This document shows positions 25,622 through 37,086 of a DNA stretch of 64,000 nt, piece by piece. A program made the position numbers and the translations under genes. Below the pieces are notes generated by a model. That model did not search any database. It saw only the letters and a program-made list of their open reading frames with translations, and was not told where the DNA came from. The stretch is from Lophium mytilinum (Eukaryota). The stretch's first letter is position 1. Each line of letters begins with the position of its first letter. The DNA lies in the NCBI GenBank assembly GCA_010093605.1, contig MU004197.1, positions 1,240,001-1,304,000 on the forward strand, in the 5' to 3' direction.

Positions 25622-26788
25622 GCTTCTCGTCCGCGGCCAGCGTTGTGGGCGTCCTGATATTTCAAGTCGAGATCAGCCTGGAGCAGTGTTTGGCTCGAGG
25701 CGAGAGTAAACAAACACGATGCGCCGCAACAGGTGAATGTGCTGACAACTGCCCACGCACTACTGTGAAGAGGCTGTAGTCGAGAAATATGGGTGTGTGT
25801 CGCCTTTGTTGTCCAATAATGCTAAGGTGGTTGAAGCGTGGAAAGATGATTATGTGTACCCGGGGCAACGACGTCGAATTGTCGGTGCCGGAAAAGCCGG
25901 GCGCTTCGGAGTCGAGGGTCCTGTTAATGGCAGAGTAAACGCATACCCAACTGGAAAGTTAATAAGAGGTGCGGCGGTCGATGTGGCCGTGGTGTTAAAA
26001 GACGGTGTTGAGAAGGTTTGTTTGTTGTGAGGGTTGTCGGGGAAGCGACGAACTGGCCCCGGAGCCAAGCAATAATTCACGCCACGTGACCAATCCACCG
26101 TTTTGTGTGCGTTATGTCAAAACGTCCAAACTTTTGCTCCCAAAGGCATGCAGACTTCATCAACATGTACGTACTCCTATAATCATGTTCGGAAGCATAT
26201 ATAGTCTAGGTTTGAGCATTTACTGCCTTCCGAGGGTATTCGCACTCCTTCGTGTAAATATTAGATGCACTAGCATCACTGCACTAGCGCAATGGATTAG
26301 AATATCTTGTTTAATTTATTGTGCCTGTATTGCTAGAAGCCGTTGAAGGTTGCTCATTTCTCAAGCCGGCAGCACTGATACGTGGCCTCCTGAAAAACCG
26401 CTATTCTCTACCTCCTTATCGTGCAGCTTGTGGAGGACTTATGCATAGTTGAGAAGCGACCATGGCTTAATAGCGGTCACGTGACTATTCCCACCTTTTT
26501 GGAAAGCAGGTGGAGGATTTGTGGTGTTTTAGAAGTCGTACATATCAGCGTGACTGCACAATGTCTGATCGCAGGGAACACTCGTGGTTGCTGCTGGCAC
26601 ATGTTCCAAAGCAGGCGCAAACTGGGCTCGATTACGTAGGTAGGTAGCGGCCAACGAGCTTATCCATTCCCCTCCACACAAGTCCTGCCTCCACATTTCA
26701 ACAAAGCCACTCTCAACAACGTCCACAATTACCACAACTACACCACACATCATTCCACTCACAGCTATCCCCACAACAAGCCCTCACC

Positions 26789-27663
26789 ATGTCTGTCCAA
26801 GATCGCACCCAGCAGCACCTGTCGCAGCTGGACAAACAGGTACGCCGGATCTCTATTTCTGCCTTCCGAGCAGTGCGATCCGACCTCCGCCGTGGTGCTA
26901 ACATGCCTGATTGCAACAGCTGTCCCAGTATGAGGTCCTGAACAACTTTGAGAAGCAGACGTCCGTTCCGAAGGTCTACGTGATCCTCGGCCTCGGCGCC
27001 CTGTACTTCTTCTTGATCTTCTTCAACATCGCTGGCGAATTCCTGGTCAACATTGCCGGCTTCGTCATCCCCGGCTACTACTCTCTGAATGCGCTGTTCA
27101 GTGCCTCCAAAGTCGATGATACTCAGGTAAGCAGACCCCTAAACGTTCAAGATGCTTTCTAGTTGTTCTGTACCTTGAATGTCGCTAACCTGTTCCAGTG
27201 GTTGACGGTATGTCGAACCCCCTCTTTGCTGCGATTTGTACCCGAGTGAACACGACTGACCAAAGCTAAAGTACTGGGTGACATACGCATTCTTGACGTA
27301 AGTACATACATCCCGCTGCTCTGGATCTGCATTTCGCTGACCTCTTTTAGTGTATTTGAGAGCGCTGTCAACGCCGTCTACTGGTTCCGTAGGTTTCCAC
27401 GCGACCAAGTCGACCGAATTTTTGATACTGATTGACCCCAGCCTTCTACTACACCTTCAAGTTCGTTCTCGTGCTCTGGATGGCTCTTCCCCAGACCAGG
27501 TAGGCTTCCTTGCTTGAAATGCTTCCCGAATTACCGACTAACTCCGCACAGCGGTGCTCAAATCATCTTCCGCTCCTTCCTCCAGCCAGTCTTCTCCCGC
27601 TACTTCAGCCAGACTGGCTCGACCTCGGCCAACCTGCGCGCTCAGGCCGACAAGACCTTGTAA
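26789..27663 (+). CDS. YOP1: ER-shaping TB2/DP1/HVA22 family protein, 7 exons
   Basis: Exons 26789-26839, 26920-27126, 27199-27207, 27272-27297, 27351-27388, 27442-27499 and 27552-27663 splice to ...DDTQWLTYWVTYAFLTVFES...WFPFYYTFKFVLVLWMALPQTSGAQIIF. Confidence 0.93.
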
Positions 27664-28273
27664 AGACGCCGCAACGACATACAACCTCAAAGGTTTACGG
27701 CATATCGACACGGCTCTAATGCGACGTCCTCTTTGGCTACAATACGAGGACTGCGCTTGATACACGGATTACGGATGGATGGGTAAGATCAGCTGGCGGG
27801 ATATTGTTTTCGGCTGCCCGACGGAGAGAATGAGTTTGGTTTTTGGTCAATTGAATTGCGAGTGTGCGTTTCATAGATCGTCTTGGGGTAATGACATGAT
27901 TTGTCCTGTTTCCAGAAGATGCCCTAATTGAGTCTGGTGCTCTGAGCGCGGATGCTAGTCCCTGTCATACGCGGACCTCGAGCACGCCATCCCTAACGTC
28001 GGACTCGTGATAGCATAAGCTTGAGCGGTGAATGCAGGAACCATCGGTGACCGCATCTCTGTTAAATGGCTCACTCTCGCACAAACATTCAGGAATTGAC
28101 TCTCCTCGCCATATAACGAAAGCTACAGCAAACTTGAACCATCTTGCCATCAAACGAGTATGATCACAACTCTCGGGATATCTCGCTTGTCCAATCAAGT
28201 TGCTAACATAAATCTAGGCTATACCCATCTAGGCATCCAGGTCCCAAGGTACCATCTAAGCAAGCTCTACAGC

Positions 28274-29065
28274 ATGGCCCAATATAAGGACGGACTCACA
28301 CCGCACTGGAAGGCCCGGAACATGGCGGATGGCGTCGCTCAGTCACCAGAACCTACATTCTGCAGCACCGCTCACCAACAACAATGCATGCAACCAGAAC
28401 CCCAAATGCGAAGCTTCAACTTCATAGGCTTGCCGAAAGAACTCCGACTCATGGTATACGACCACATGCCACGAGTTGCATACCGGTCGTTCCGGACCGT
28501 CAGCTGGAAAGACTGGACCTATGAATCCAGCATTCTCCGCACATGTCATGAAATATACGACGAAGCCTCAGCTAGCATCAGCCGACTGGTTTCGAAGCCG
28601 ATACGAGCACAGCTCGTTGTTCCCAATCCTCGAGCTCTGCATACCCTTGTTTCCCTTCTCAATGCGGTCCATACCCCAAAAGAGAAAGAGGTTACATCTG
28701 GAAGCGAACTCGGCCGGGCCTTAAACTCTCCAACCATCTATGCAAAGAGTCCTGAGACAACCCCCTTACGACGCATCGAAAGCCGACTGTACGATGGTAG
28801 TGTCGTCGATATCGTACTTCGATTTGACGCTCTCGATCGCGTTGTTGATCCGGAGATGTACATCAACAACTACCATACTAGCATTTTGGCGTTAGACGAT
28901 TGGGTAGCTCGGCATCCAGCTGCTAAAGTCGAAGTGACGATTATGAGTCTCGCGGGGGGAGACGACGACTTTATTAGTCAAGCTCGAGCTCATATCGACC
29001 CATTTTCAGTTACTCTTAGATGGGTGACTGCCACTCAGGAAGAGATGAAGGTCTTTAGGGGATAA
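28274..29065 (+). CDS. Hypothetical protein with F-box-like motif; start uncertain
   Basis: FNFIGLPKELRLMVYDH followed by SILRTCHEIYDEA, a pattern common in fungal F-box-like proteins. Confidence 0.65.
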   Translation: MAQYKDGLTPHWKARNMADGVAQSPEPTFCSTAHQQQCMQPEPQMRSFNFIGLPKELRLMVYDHMPRVAYRSFRTVSWKDWTYESSILRTCHEIYDEASASISRLVSKPIRAQLVVPNPRALHTLVSLLNAVHTPKEKEVTSGSELGRALNSPTIYAKSPETTPLRRIESRLYDGSVVDIVLRFDALDRVVDPEMYINNYHTSILALDDWVARHPAAKVEVTIMSLAGGDDDFISQARAHIDPFSVTLRWVTATQEEMKVFRG

Positions 29066-30096
29066 AGAGAACTCACAGATTTTCTAGGTATCTGGTGCAA
29101 GAAGAGGGGCACCCTCGATAGGACTAAGCAGATAGAAAAAACCAGCAACTTCAGGCTAGGATGTGGAGCAAACCGCGATGTAGACAAAGCAAATGTATGT
29201 AGATAACAAACCTCGACGACCACATGTCCAGGTGATTTCGATATCTTTGCATGTATCATCAACCAAGCACAAGCTGAGGTAACGAGCACTTCCAAGCACC
29301 AATATATGTTCCGCCCCTTCCTCAACACATTTTCCATCTACCCGCGATATTATGAACTACGATGCGCCCAGTGATTGGTTGAGTGGTACCAGGTGCAAGA
29401 CCCTCAGGATTAGGCATCTCCTGGACCTAGAGTTCCGGCCATCCTCCTCGTCGCCCAGCGAAACTGCCCGTTTCAATAGCATTTATGCCGTCAAATAGTC
29501 GCTTGCTCCTCGTGTTTCTTACGAGTATGTTCAACCTCTGATTTTGCAGCCTTTCCCGCTTCTTCTGCGTCCAGCGGTATAGTGCTTACTTTGCACGTCT
29601 GGTGGGGAGCATCTGGGTAGGATGGAAGGGGGATGAGGAGGTCAAAGGTGGCGCTGTCGACCAAGCTGTAAACAAGGTGGTCAACTAACTTAAAGAGAAG
29701 TAACCATCATTGCTAGGGGGCCTTCACCAGATTTGTATTATCCTAGGAGCTAGGAGACAATGAACAGCTTCGGTCTATTCACGACGTTCACTCAACTGTA
29801 CACCACTACAGGCGCTAACAAATCTGTATGAAAGCCATGATTGAACCAAAAAGGCTGACTTACTATGCACGAATACGCAATCAGCCCCAGACCCCAAGCG
29901 CATATCTCTCATAAGCAATAACATCACACACCAAGCTCAAATTACCATCTAGAAGCATTCATCAAATGAGATAGAATAGCGTATACTTCATTATCATAAC
30001 AAACATCATACGTCCCACCCCCCGTCCTAAACTCCAACCCAACCCAACCCAATACCATAAACGCCCTCACCCTGACCCTACTCCATCCTCATTCCT

Positions 30097-30327
30097 CTAA
30101 CACCCTCCACCCCCACCTCCACCTCCGCCGCCACCGCCTCCTCCTCCACCACCATCGCCTCCGCCGGAAAATCCTCCGCCTCCTCCCCCATCCCCGCCAA
30201 AGAACCCCCCACCGCCGCCGCTAGTAGCGACGTACCCGCCGCCGGCGTAGCCACCGTGCCCGCGGCGCTTGCCTGCCCGGCGCGGGGGCGGGTAGGTGGT
30301 GTCGTATTTGGATTCGCCGCAGCCCAT
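30097..30327 (-). CDS. 76-aa glycine-rich small protein with N-terminal MGCxxS motif
   Basis: MGCGESKYDTTYPPPRRAGKRRGHGGYAGGGY...GGGC; Gly codons vary at the third position; good start context (ACAATGG). Confidence 0.6.
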   Translation of the reverse strand: MGCGESKYDTTYPPPRRAGKRRGHGGYAGGGYVATSGGGGGFFGGDGGGGGGFSGGGDGGGGGGGGGGGGGGGGGC

Positions 30328-30798
30328 TGTAAGGAGATTTGGTCGTGTAGCAAAGGGATATAGAGTAGGATGCTGAGTTGGTTGTTTCAAGTCTCTAACG
30401 CTTCTTTAAGCCGGAGGGATGAGATGAGATGGAAAAAGGGTTGGTAGAGGGAGTTGTGGTAATGCTTGATGTTCTGTGGGCTTGAGGTTTAGGAAGTGGG
30501 GAGGTAGATAGACCGCGAAGCTGATAGTTTAGAGGATATCGTGTTGTTTCGTAGGGTATGTTGATGACTGGATTGAACTCTTCTGGATGGTGGGAATCGC
30601 AGGCTTATTTATCTCCCTAATGTACCTGTAAGACAGCATCCAAGCCAAGCCCATAATCTGCCTCATCATCATCATCCCACACTGTAGTGCTCAACCTCCA
30701 CCTCTCACACCCCTCGAGTGCCGTCATGAGGATGCCGTTCCCAGTCTAGCCCCTCCCCGTCTCAGCACTAGCGGCGTCGCACCCTTCCCATCTCAGGC

Positions 30799-31212
30799 TT
30801 AGCAGCGGGGCCGGTACCGTGTAGATCTGCCTGCCGATCGCAAGGCTGTGGCGCGGCGGAGCAGCGAGGCGGAGGCGGAGGGTGGTGGTTGGATGAGCGG
30901 CGGAGGGGGCTGTGGAAGGGTGAAGGCTTCTAGCGGGCTTCTAGCGGGTTGCTGGGTTAGGCTGTGGATGGGAGAGGTGCGGAGGTGCAAGGCTGAGAGG
31001 AGGGCTGGATTGGGGGATATGGCGCGAGGGGGAAAGTGGGTGTGTTGGTGTCGAGATTTGGGGATGGGGATGCGGGTTCGGAGTTTGCAGTGTTTCGTAC
31101 GGGTGTATAGTAAGATAGACAGTGCTATTGTTAGAGATGTGAGGATGAGAGCGCTGGAAGATGGGAGATGGGAGGATAGATGGTGTGTTTGAGGTAGATC
31201 TGGTAGGATCAT
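30799..31212 (-). CDS. Possible small single-pass membrane protein, Pro-rich
   Basis: ATG at 31212 in the 30799-31311 ORF; one hydrophobic stretch ALILTSLTIALSILLY followed by basic residues; no family recognised. Confidence 0.25.
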   Translation of the reverse strand: MILPDLPQTHHLSSHLPSSSALILTSLTIALSILLYTRTKHCKLRTRIPIPKSRHQHTHFPPRAISPNPALLSALHLRTSPIHSLTQQPARSPLEAFTLPQPPPPLIQPPPSASASLLRRATALRSAGRSTRYRPRC

Positions 31213-31721
31213 GCGATTTGCAGTTGTCCGTCTGTCTTGTGTTCCCGTGTCTGACAGAGATGAAAGTGGCGAGTGGTCCGCTTGAGCCTCACGTGGCATC
31301 GTTGGAGGCAATGTAGAACTGCTCAGCTGGAATGACGGATTTGCAGATGGTGAAGTGGTAGGTGGATTTTCATGCTAACATTTAGAGCTATGATATGAGA
31401 TCTTCCGGATGAACAGAAGTAACGAGAGCTGCTCAAGGGTTTAGTCCAGACTGATATGTCATATTCACCCCATGAGTTGAGGACCTAGTGTCAGGCGCGT
31501 AAGAAATAGCATTTCAGAACGCTGTGGCAAGATGAAGTACCAGATGCTACGATACGTGCTGTTCTTTCGAATCACTCGAGGCAGTTTAGACAATACCCTC
31601 TGAAAGTTTCCGATGGCATACATAGTCAAGAACGAGCAAGTTTTAAGGGTATATATTTTGAAATATTTTGGAAATCCTCAATTATCAGAAGCGGGATGCG
31701 GGAAAGCGGAGTGACAGACAT

Positions 31722-31875
31722 GCCGGAGTGGTGCAGTGGTGAACACTAAGCCCTCTATAAATCGGTACAGCGCTGCTAACACTTGTCTGTATCTGTCGGT
31801 ATCTGTCTGTACTGATAATTTTTTGATTTTTTTTGGTCCGAGGCCAGGTTCGAATCTCGCAGCGCATTCTTTTTG
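31722..31875 (+). pseudogene. Degenerate tRNA-like / Pol III element
   Basis: A-box tggtgcagtgg (31729-31739) with D-stem gtg/cac; B-box ggttcgaatc (31847-31856); T-run after 31869; acceptor stem does not pair and the insert has internal T-runs. Confidence 0.45.
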
Positions 31876-32506
31876 CACCTTTTTTTCTCGTTGACAGTGA
31901 CGCGAGAACAATCTAGGAGCTACTTATCGACTCACGGGGAGAGTCAAGCGCACGCAAAGGGCGTAACGTATGTATAATAAAGGCGTCGGCTTCCAATGTC
32001 CAAGAGAGAAACCGGACTTAAAAAGGAGAACGGGAGGCTGCTTGTCATTGCTCTAGGAAAAAGGTCGATGCTATATACTCCTGGAATATGGATATTGGCA
32101 TCTTCCTCGGTTGCGACCATATTGACTATAGTATAACTCTTGCTGCAAGGGGCATATGCGCATGTCGGTTCCGATAGTCTAACAGTCACATCGACGAAGG
32201 GACCCTCTTTGTGAATTTTTTTCCAAAGTGTTTTTTTGTCATCTATTCCCACATCCATTGGATATGATAGTGTACTGTGGCGTACGTAGGTATCGCTCAG
32301 AAAACGCGTAAAAGTCAATGCTCAATCCGCTCCGCTCCGCTATAACGCGGGACATAATCCTTCATGAAAGACGTCAAACCACCGCTTCTAATACTCCGAA
32401 CGCACGCCGTACCTGTACATGTACATATGTTATGCAAGTGCTATGCCAAGCCAATCAAGTTCGAACCAAGGAAAATGATGTTTTATGTGTGAGACAACCA
32501 CGACTA

Positions 32507-33687
32507 CTACTTCTTCCGTGACATGGACAGATGCGAGTACACCCAACCGCCGCCAAGCGCCAGCACGATGCCAGCAATTTCCTTGTCGGAGAGGATGGTG
32601 CCGTCGCTGTACCAGCCGAAAGAGAGAATGAGGATGGTTTTGAGGTGTCCTACGACGTTGAACTAAAATCCATTAGCGGGGTTTATAAAAAATGGGGTTT
32701 GGGAGGTTGAGCTTACGGTCAAGGCAGAGGTGCGGCCAATGATGAGAAATTGGGACAAGTTCAGGAGACTGGCCATGATTCCCGAGGCACAGAGCGCGAG
32801 GATGATATCGGTGGGGATCGCGTGGACATCGGGCATCTTGTCAAAGAAGGGGACAAAGGGAATCAAGAGGATCACGGAAAGTGGGGCCTGGTTCAGCAGG
32901 AGCTGGGGTCCGGAGACTTCGAAATCTTCAATCTTCTTGCCAATCCAGATCTGGTAGAGGGCGGTCGAGGTGAAGGCCATGACGGCAATTATTACGCCGA
33001 AAAGCTGGGTTTGGGCAGATGCGCGGATGGTGAGGGCGACGCCCATGCAGATGGCGACAATAGCAAGCAGCATGTAGCGGGTGATGGTCTTGTGAAAGAG
33101 GATGAAGTTGAGCAGCACGACGCACGGGGTGGTCATGACCTTAGCGAGCTGGTAGAAGCCGATGGAGTTGTAGGTCAAACTCAGGTTTCCGAGGATCACG
33201 TAGCCGGCAAAGAAGGCGCATACAGGGGCCATCTGCCATGGCGAGAGTCGCACGGCTTTGAAGACGCGGAAGGGGGCGCGAGTGGAAATGTAGAGGACGA
33301 GGCCGGTCGCGGCGAAATGCCACATTACCACCATGAGCTGGCAGGCCTTGAGCTGCGCATCGCTGAAGACTCTGAGGGTGTGTCAGCACGACGTTTCTGA
33401 TACGGGATACGAGGTCCCCTGGATTGCGCTTACTTCTTGCTCAGAAAGATCAGACAGATGGTAGCGACGGTATTGAGGGCGATCCACGCGCAGGTGACAA
33501 TCTGCTCCTTCATCGAGGGCGGGGTAGGAGTCGTGGTCTTCTCAAACTGGGGAAGTGATGTTGTGGAGGGTCGGGGGGAGATCTCGTCCATAAGGAACTC
33601 GGCGGAGGCGCGTTTCTCTTCTTCTGTTGCGCCATGTTAGCCACAAACAGCCGTCTGTATGCGCGCCAGATCCGAGCACTCACCCAT
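32507..33687 (-). CDS. Nucleotide-sugar transporter (SLC35E3-like, TPT/DMT fold), 4 exons
   Basis: ATGG|GTGAGT 4-nt first coding exon; GNLSLTYNSIGFYQLAKVMTTP, QLLLNQAP, SQFLIIGRTSALTFNVVGHLKT; ends SRKK. Confidence 0.9.
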
Positions 33688-35047
33688 CGTGAAAGTAGTG
33701 CTTGAAGCAAGTCCGGAAAAGCGAGTGTCGGTGTAAGAGCAGTCGGGCTACGCGGGCATCCTGCGGCGACGCGGTGGTGTGAAAGGAGGGTGTTCAAGGA
33801 AAGCGGAGGGTCGGGCAAGCAAGGGGGCGCCTCGTCGGTGGCAGGCGGTCCTCTCGTGGCTTCAAAAGTGCGGGCGGCGAGGGGGGATGTAGTTGTACAA
33901 AGTCGCAAGGAGGCGGCGATGGTGAAGGCCAGGAGTAAATATAGCGGGCCGAGGGGTGCAACGCAAATCTCCACTGCCAAACACGGGCTGACGGCGTTGC
34001 CCAGCAAGGATTCGACACTCACAACGCGATGCCGCATCCAGCGACCGCAGCGGGCTCCGGCCAATTGCGCCCTGAAACGCGGGCTCGGCGTGATCTTGCG
34101 GCTAGCAACAGGCCCAAGGCGGTTTGGCAACATGGCAAGCTGCTGCAGGGCAACTCGACGCCGCAACTGTGTCTTTTTTGTGAGCACAGCCGCATCCGTC
34201 CGAGTAAAAATACTTTTGCCTCGCCCCACGCGTGCAAGTAGAGTGCTGCTGCTGACCGCTGAGACGCTGAAACGCTTATTCAGAGTGACTGCATGCACTA
34301 CGACGGCCAGGGATCCCCGTGTGATCATGACGACCCGATATCAGCTACACTTCCGCCGACCTCCAGGACCTCCAGGACCTCCTTGTCGGACGCCCCGGCA
34401 CGCCGCACACCAGCACAGCACAGCAGAAGCTCTCTCATGCATGCTCAGCTCTTGGGCATCTTGGCAACGATGCCAAATCAAACACCACCACTGACCACCC
34501 ATCGTATCGTAGCTTTTTCGGCCCGTTGCTGGCGCCACTCTCCACGCCTATCTGCCCCCAACCCGTGATCGAGAACCCCCTTCCTTAATCCCGCTGTCTG
34601 TAGCACCTTGTAGAGGCCGTGCCAGCATCTGCCTGTCCGCTCCGCCTGCTTCGTACTGACCCGTGCCGTGCTCGCAAACTGCCCCTGGGACTCCAGTGAT
34701 CTGCTAAGGGATGAGGTGCTCGCGCCTCACAGACGCATTGCCGCCGATTGTCATCAGCCCATTCCGATTGCTCATTTCTCTTCCAATGAAATTGCACATT
34801 CCAAGCCCCGAGTTGTGGACCCTTAGTTCCCGCCGCAGGTGAGCGAAAGCCTATTCCGCCAGCCAGCCTGTCGCTGCTGGCCTAAATGTAAGTAGCTTCC
34901 CTCCTGCTTATATCAATTCTCTCCCCCTCCACATCCACCCCTCTGAGCCTCAGCCTTGCCACATCTCCAACCTCACATTCACCTCACACTCGTTTCCCCT
35001 CTTTTTCCTTTGTTCTGTCCATGGTTCGCACCACATAAAACATCGCC

Positions 35048-36229
35048 ATGGCCTCCCGCCTCCGAGACGCCCGCGTCCTGATCTCTATTGCTGTTGCCTT
35101 CATTGTCCTCATCGCCCTATTCGGCCTCAATCATGACCGGGCTGCTGGATTTGTCGACAGCCACTTGCGCCCGGATCACCGTCCGCATTCTCCTCCACCA
35201 AAACCCCACCATGTCCCCGGCATCAACAGCCACGATGGTGAGCCTGACCAGGAGCACGCAGCCCCGTCAGATATCCCCGAGGGTCCAGAACGCCTTGCCT
35301 ATGTGACCTGGCTCTCTAGCACCGTGGCCGGTGAGAACAGTGAGAACCTTGAAGAGGACAACTACTTCGTCGCAACCCGCCTCCTAGTATGGCAGCTACT
35401 GCACAACGAGAAGACCCGCACGACCAACAACATCGATGTAGTTGTAGTTGTGACCCCCGACGTCTCCGACTCCCGCATCATGCGCCTGAAGAAAGACGGT
35501 GCTATTGTCAAGCACATCGAGTTTGTCCACGGTAACAATGACGGCTGGCTGCACCCCTCGGAATCCCGCTGGAGCGACATCATGTCCAAGCTGCGCGTGT
35601 GGCAACTGACCGACTACTCGCGGATCCTGATGCTGGACGGCGACATGGTGCTGCAGCGGCCTCTGGACGGCATCTTCGACGAGCCCGACGCCCAGATCGT
35701 GCCGACGCTCACGAATGTCACCGCAAAGGACGACGAGCCGGAGCTACCGGAGGACTACCTTCTCGCATCCTTCGGCGAGACCTACAACGAAGACCACGGC
35801 TACCCGCCTGACTGGGACCACGGACTGAAGAAGTACGGCAAGTTCTGTGCGGGCTTCTTCATGCTGAAGCCCTCGGAGAAGATCTTCAACTACTACAAAG
35901 CCCTCCTCGACATCGAGGGCCGCTTCGACTCGAAATATATGGAGCAGAACCTGCTGAACTACGCGCACCGCTGGGACGGCGCCATGCCGTGGCGAGAGAT
36001 CCCGACCACCTGGAATATCCGATCCATCAACGACCACGATTTCGACGAGGGCGTCGCTTCCATGCACGAGAAGTGGTGGGACCTGATCTTTAGCAAGAGC
36101 GAGAAGATTATGAATTTTATGAAGTCGCAGCGGTGGCAGATGGAGGGGTACTATAAAGCACTCGACGAGAAGGAGGAGCTGAAAAAGGGCCCGATGTCGA
36201 GAGTTATGCGGAGGATGTTGCAGGGGTGA
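35048..36229 (+). CDS. Glycosyltransferase family 8, type II membrane protein
   Basis: N-terminal transmembrane anchor; AYVTWL, KLRVWQLTDYSRILMLDGD (DxD), AGFFMLKPS, EQNLLN, HEKWW. Confidence 0.9.
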   Translation: MASRLRDARVLISIAVAFIVLIALFGLNHDRAAGFVDSHLRPDHRPHSPPPKPHHVPGINSHDGEPDQEHAAPSDIPEGPERLAYVTWLSSTVAGENSENLEEDNYFVATRLLVWQLLHNEKTRTTNNIDVVVVVTPDVSDSRIMRLKKDGAIVKHIEFVHGNNDGWLHPSESRWSDIMSKLRVWQLTDYSRILMLDGDMVLQRPLDGIFDEPDAQIVPTLTNVTAKDDEPELPEDYLLASFGETYNEDHGYPPDWDHGLKKYGKFCAGFFMLKPSEKIFNYYKALLDIEGRFDSKYMEQNLLNYAHRWDGAMPWREIPTTWNIRSINDHDFDEGVASMHEKWWDLIFSKSEKIMNFMKSQRWQMEGYYKALDEKEELKKGPMSRVMRRMLQG

Positions 36230-36957
36230 AGAGGAGCAGGAGGAGGCAACTACGAACATGGTTCGAATCGAGGCATTGCATTGCATTCAGCGACATTTGG
36301 AGAACCCGTCCCCATCGAGCTATAGAATTCGGGTATGGGAACGGAGTTACAATCATGTGCTTGCCCCGCCACAACTGTACAACAGTACTAGGCTTAGCTA
36401 TCAGGAAACGGCGTTGCACGGCGTAAGGGCTCATCAGCTTTTTGGAGGATACAACCGATATTGGTTTGGTTCTCACTATACCCAAGATGTAAAAAATTCC
36501 TTTTCTTCTCCGGGTAGGCATAGACGGGGGAGTATGTAGTCCCAATAGCATAAGGCTCACCGCCTCAAATTTTCTCGAGACTTTGCTTTCTTTTTCTTGG
36601 TTGCCTCGCAAGCTTTCCCATTCCCTATCCCGTCCCACTCTCTCTTGGCTGCTGACTCTTACCTGCAAACCGCGCGGCCACGCGCACATAGCCGTATTGA
36701 ACACGAGAAAATCAGCCTAGACTCTCCCGCTCCGCTGTCCTCCCATCCTATCCGTCCTCCATCTCGCCCGACCCGTCACCTAAGCTCACATTCCTGCTAT
36801 AAAACCTCTTAGTAATTATCCCGTGTTTAAAGAAGCTACATAGAGATTCCCGCGAACTCCTCTAAACGCTACGTCAATAGCACACCGACTCCAGAAATAG
36901 AATTCAGCTGTCTGAGATTTAATCAAAATCCTAGCTGTAGATTGCCCGCAGCGTCAC

Positions 36958-37086
36958 CTGTGCCGCCCCGCGGAACTGGGTTTCGGTTCGGTGCGCAAGG
37001 TTGACTTTTTTTGATTCCCAACACCGTTCGAGGCGCTGGGATGCAAGGCGCACAGCCCCCCTCCGAGCCGGAGCTTGGCGGCACAG
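36958..37086. other. Nested inverted repeats forming a candidate multi-stem RNA structure
   Basis: Closing stem ctgtgccgcc/ggcggcacag (10 bp perfect) encloses gaactg/cggttc, gtgcgc/gcgcac with an inner 10-bp stem, and ctccg/cggag. Confidence 0.45.

Noticed and set aside
32750..34494. 216-272 aa ORFs antisense to or upstream of the sugar transporter
   Set aside because: One is an antisense mirror of the real gene and the others are GC-rich promoter ORFs. The true start is the spliced ATG at 33687.
36260..36270. Isolated B-box-like ggttcgaatc after the GT8 stop codon
   Set aside because: No tRNA stems or properly placed A-box.
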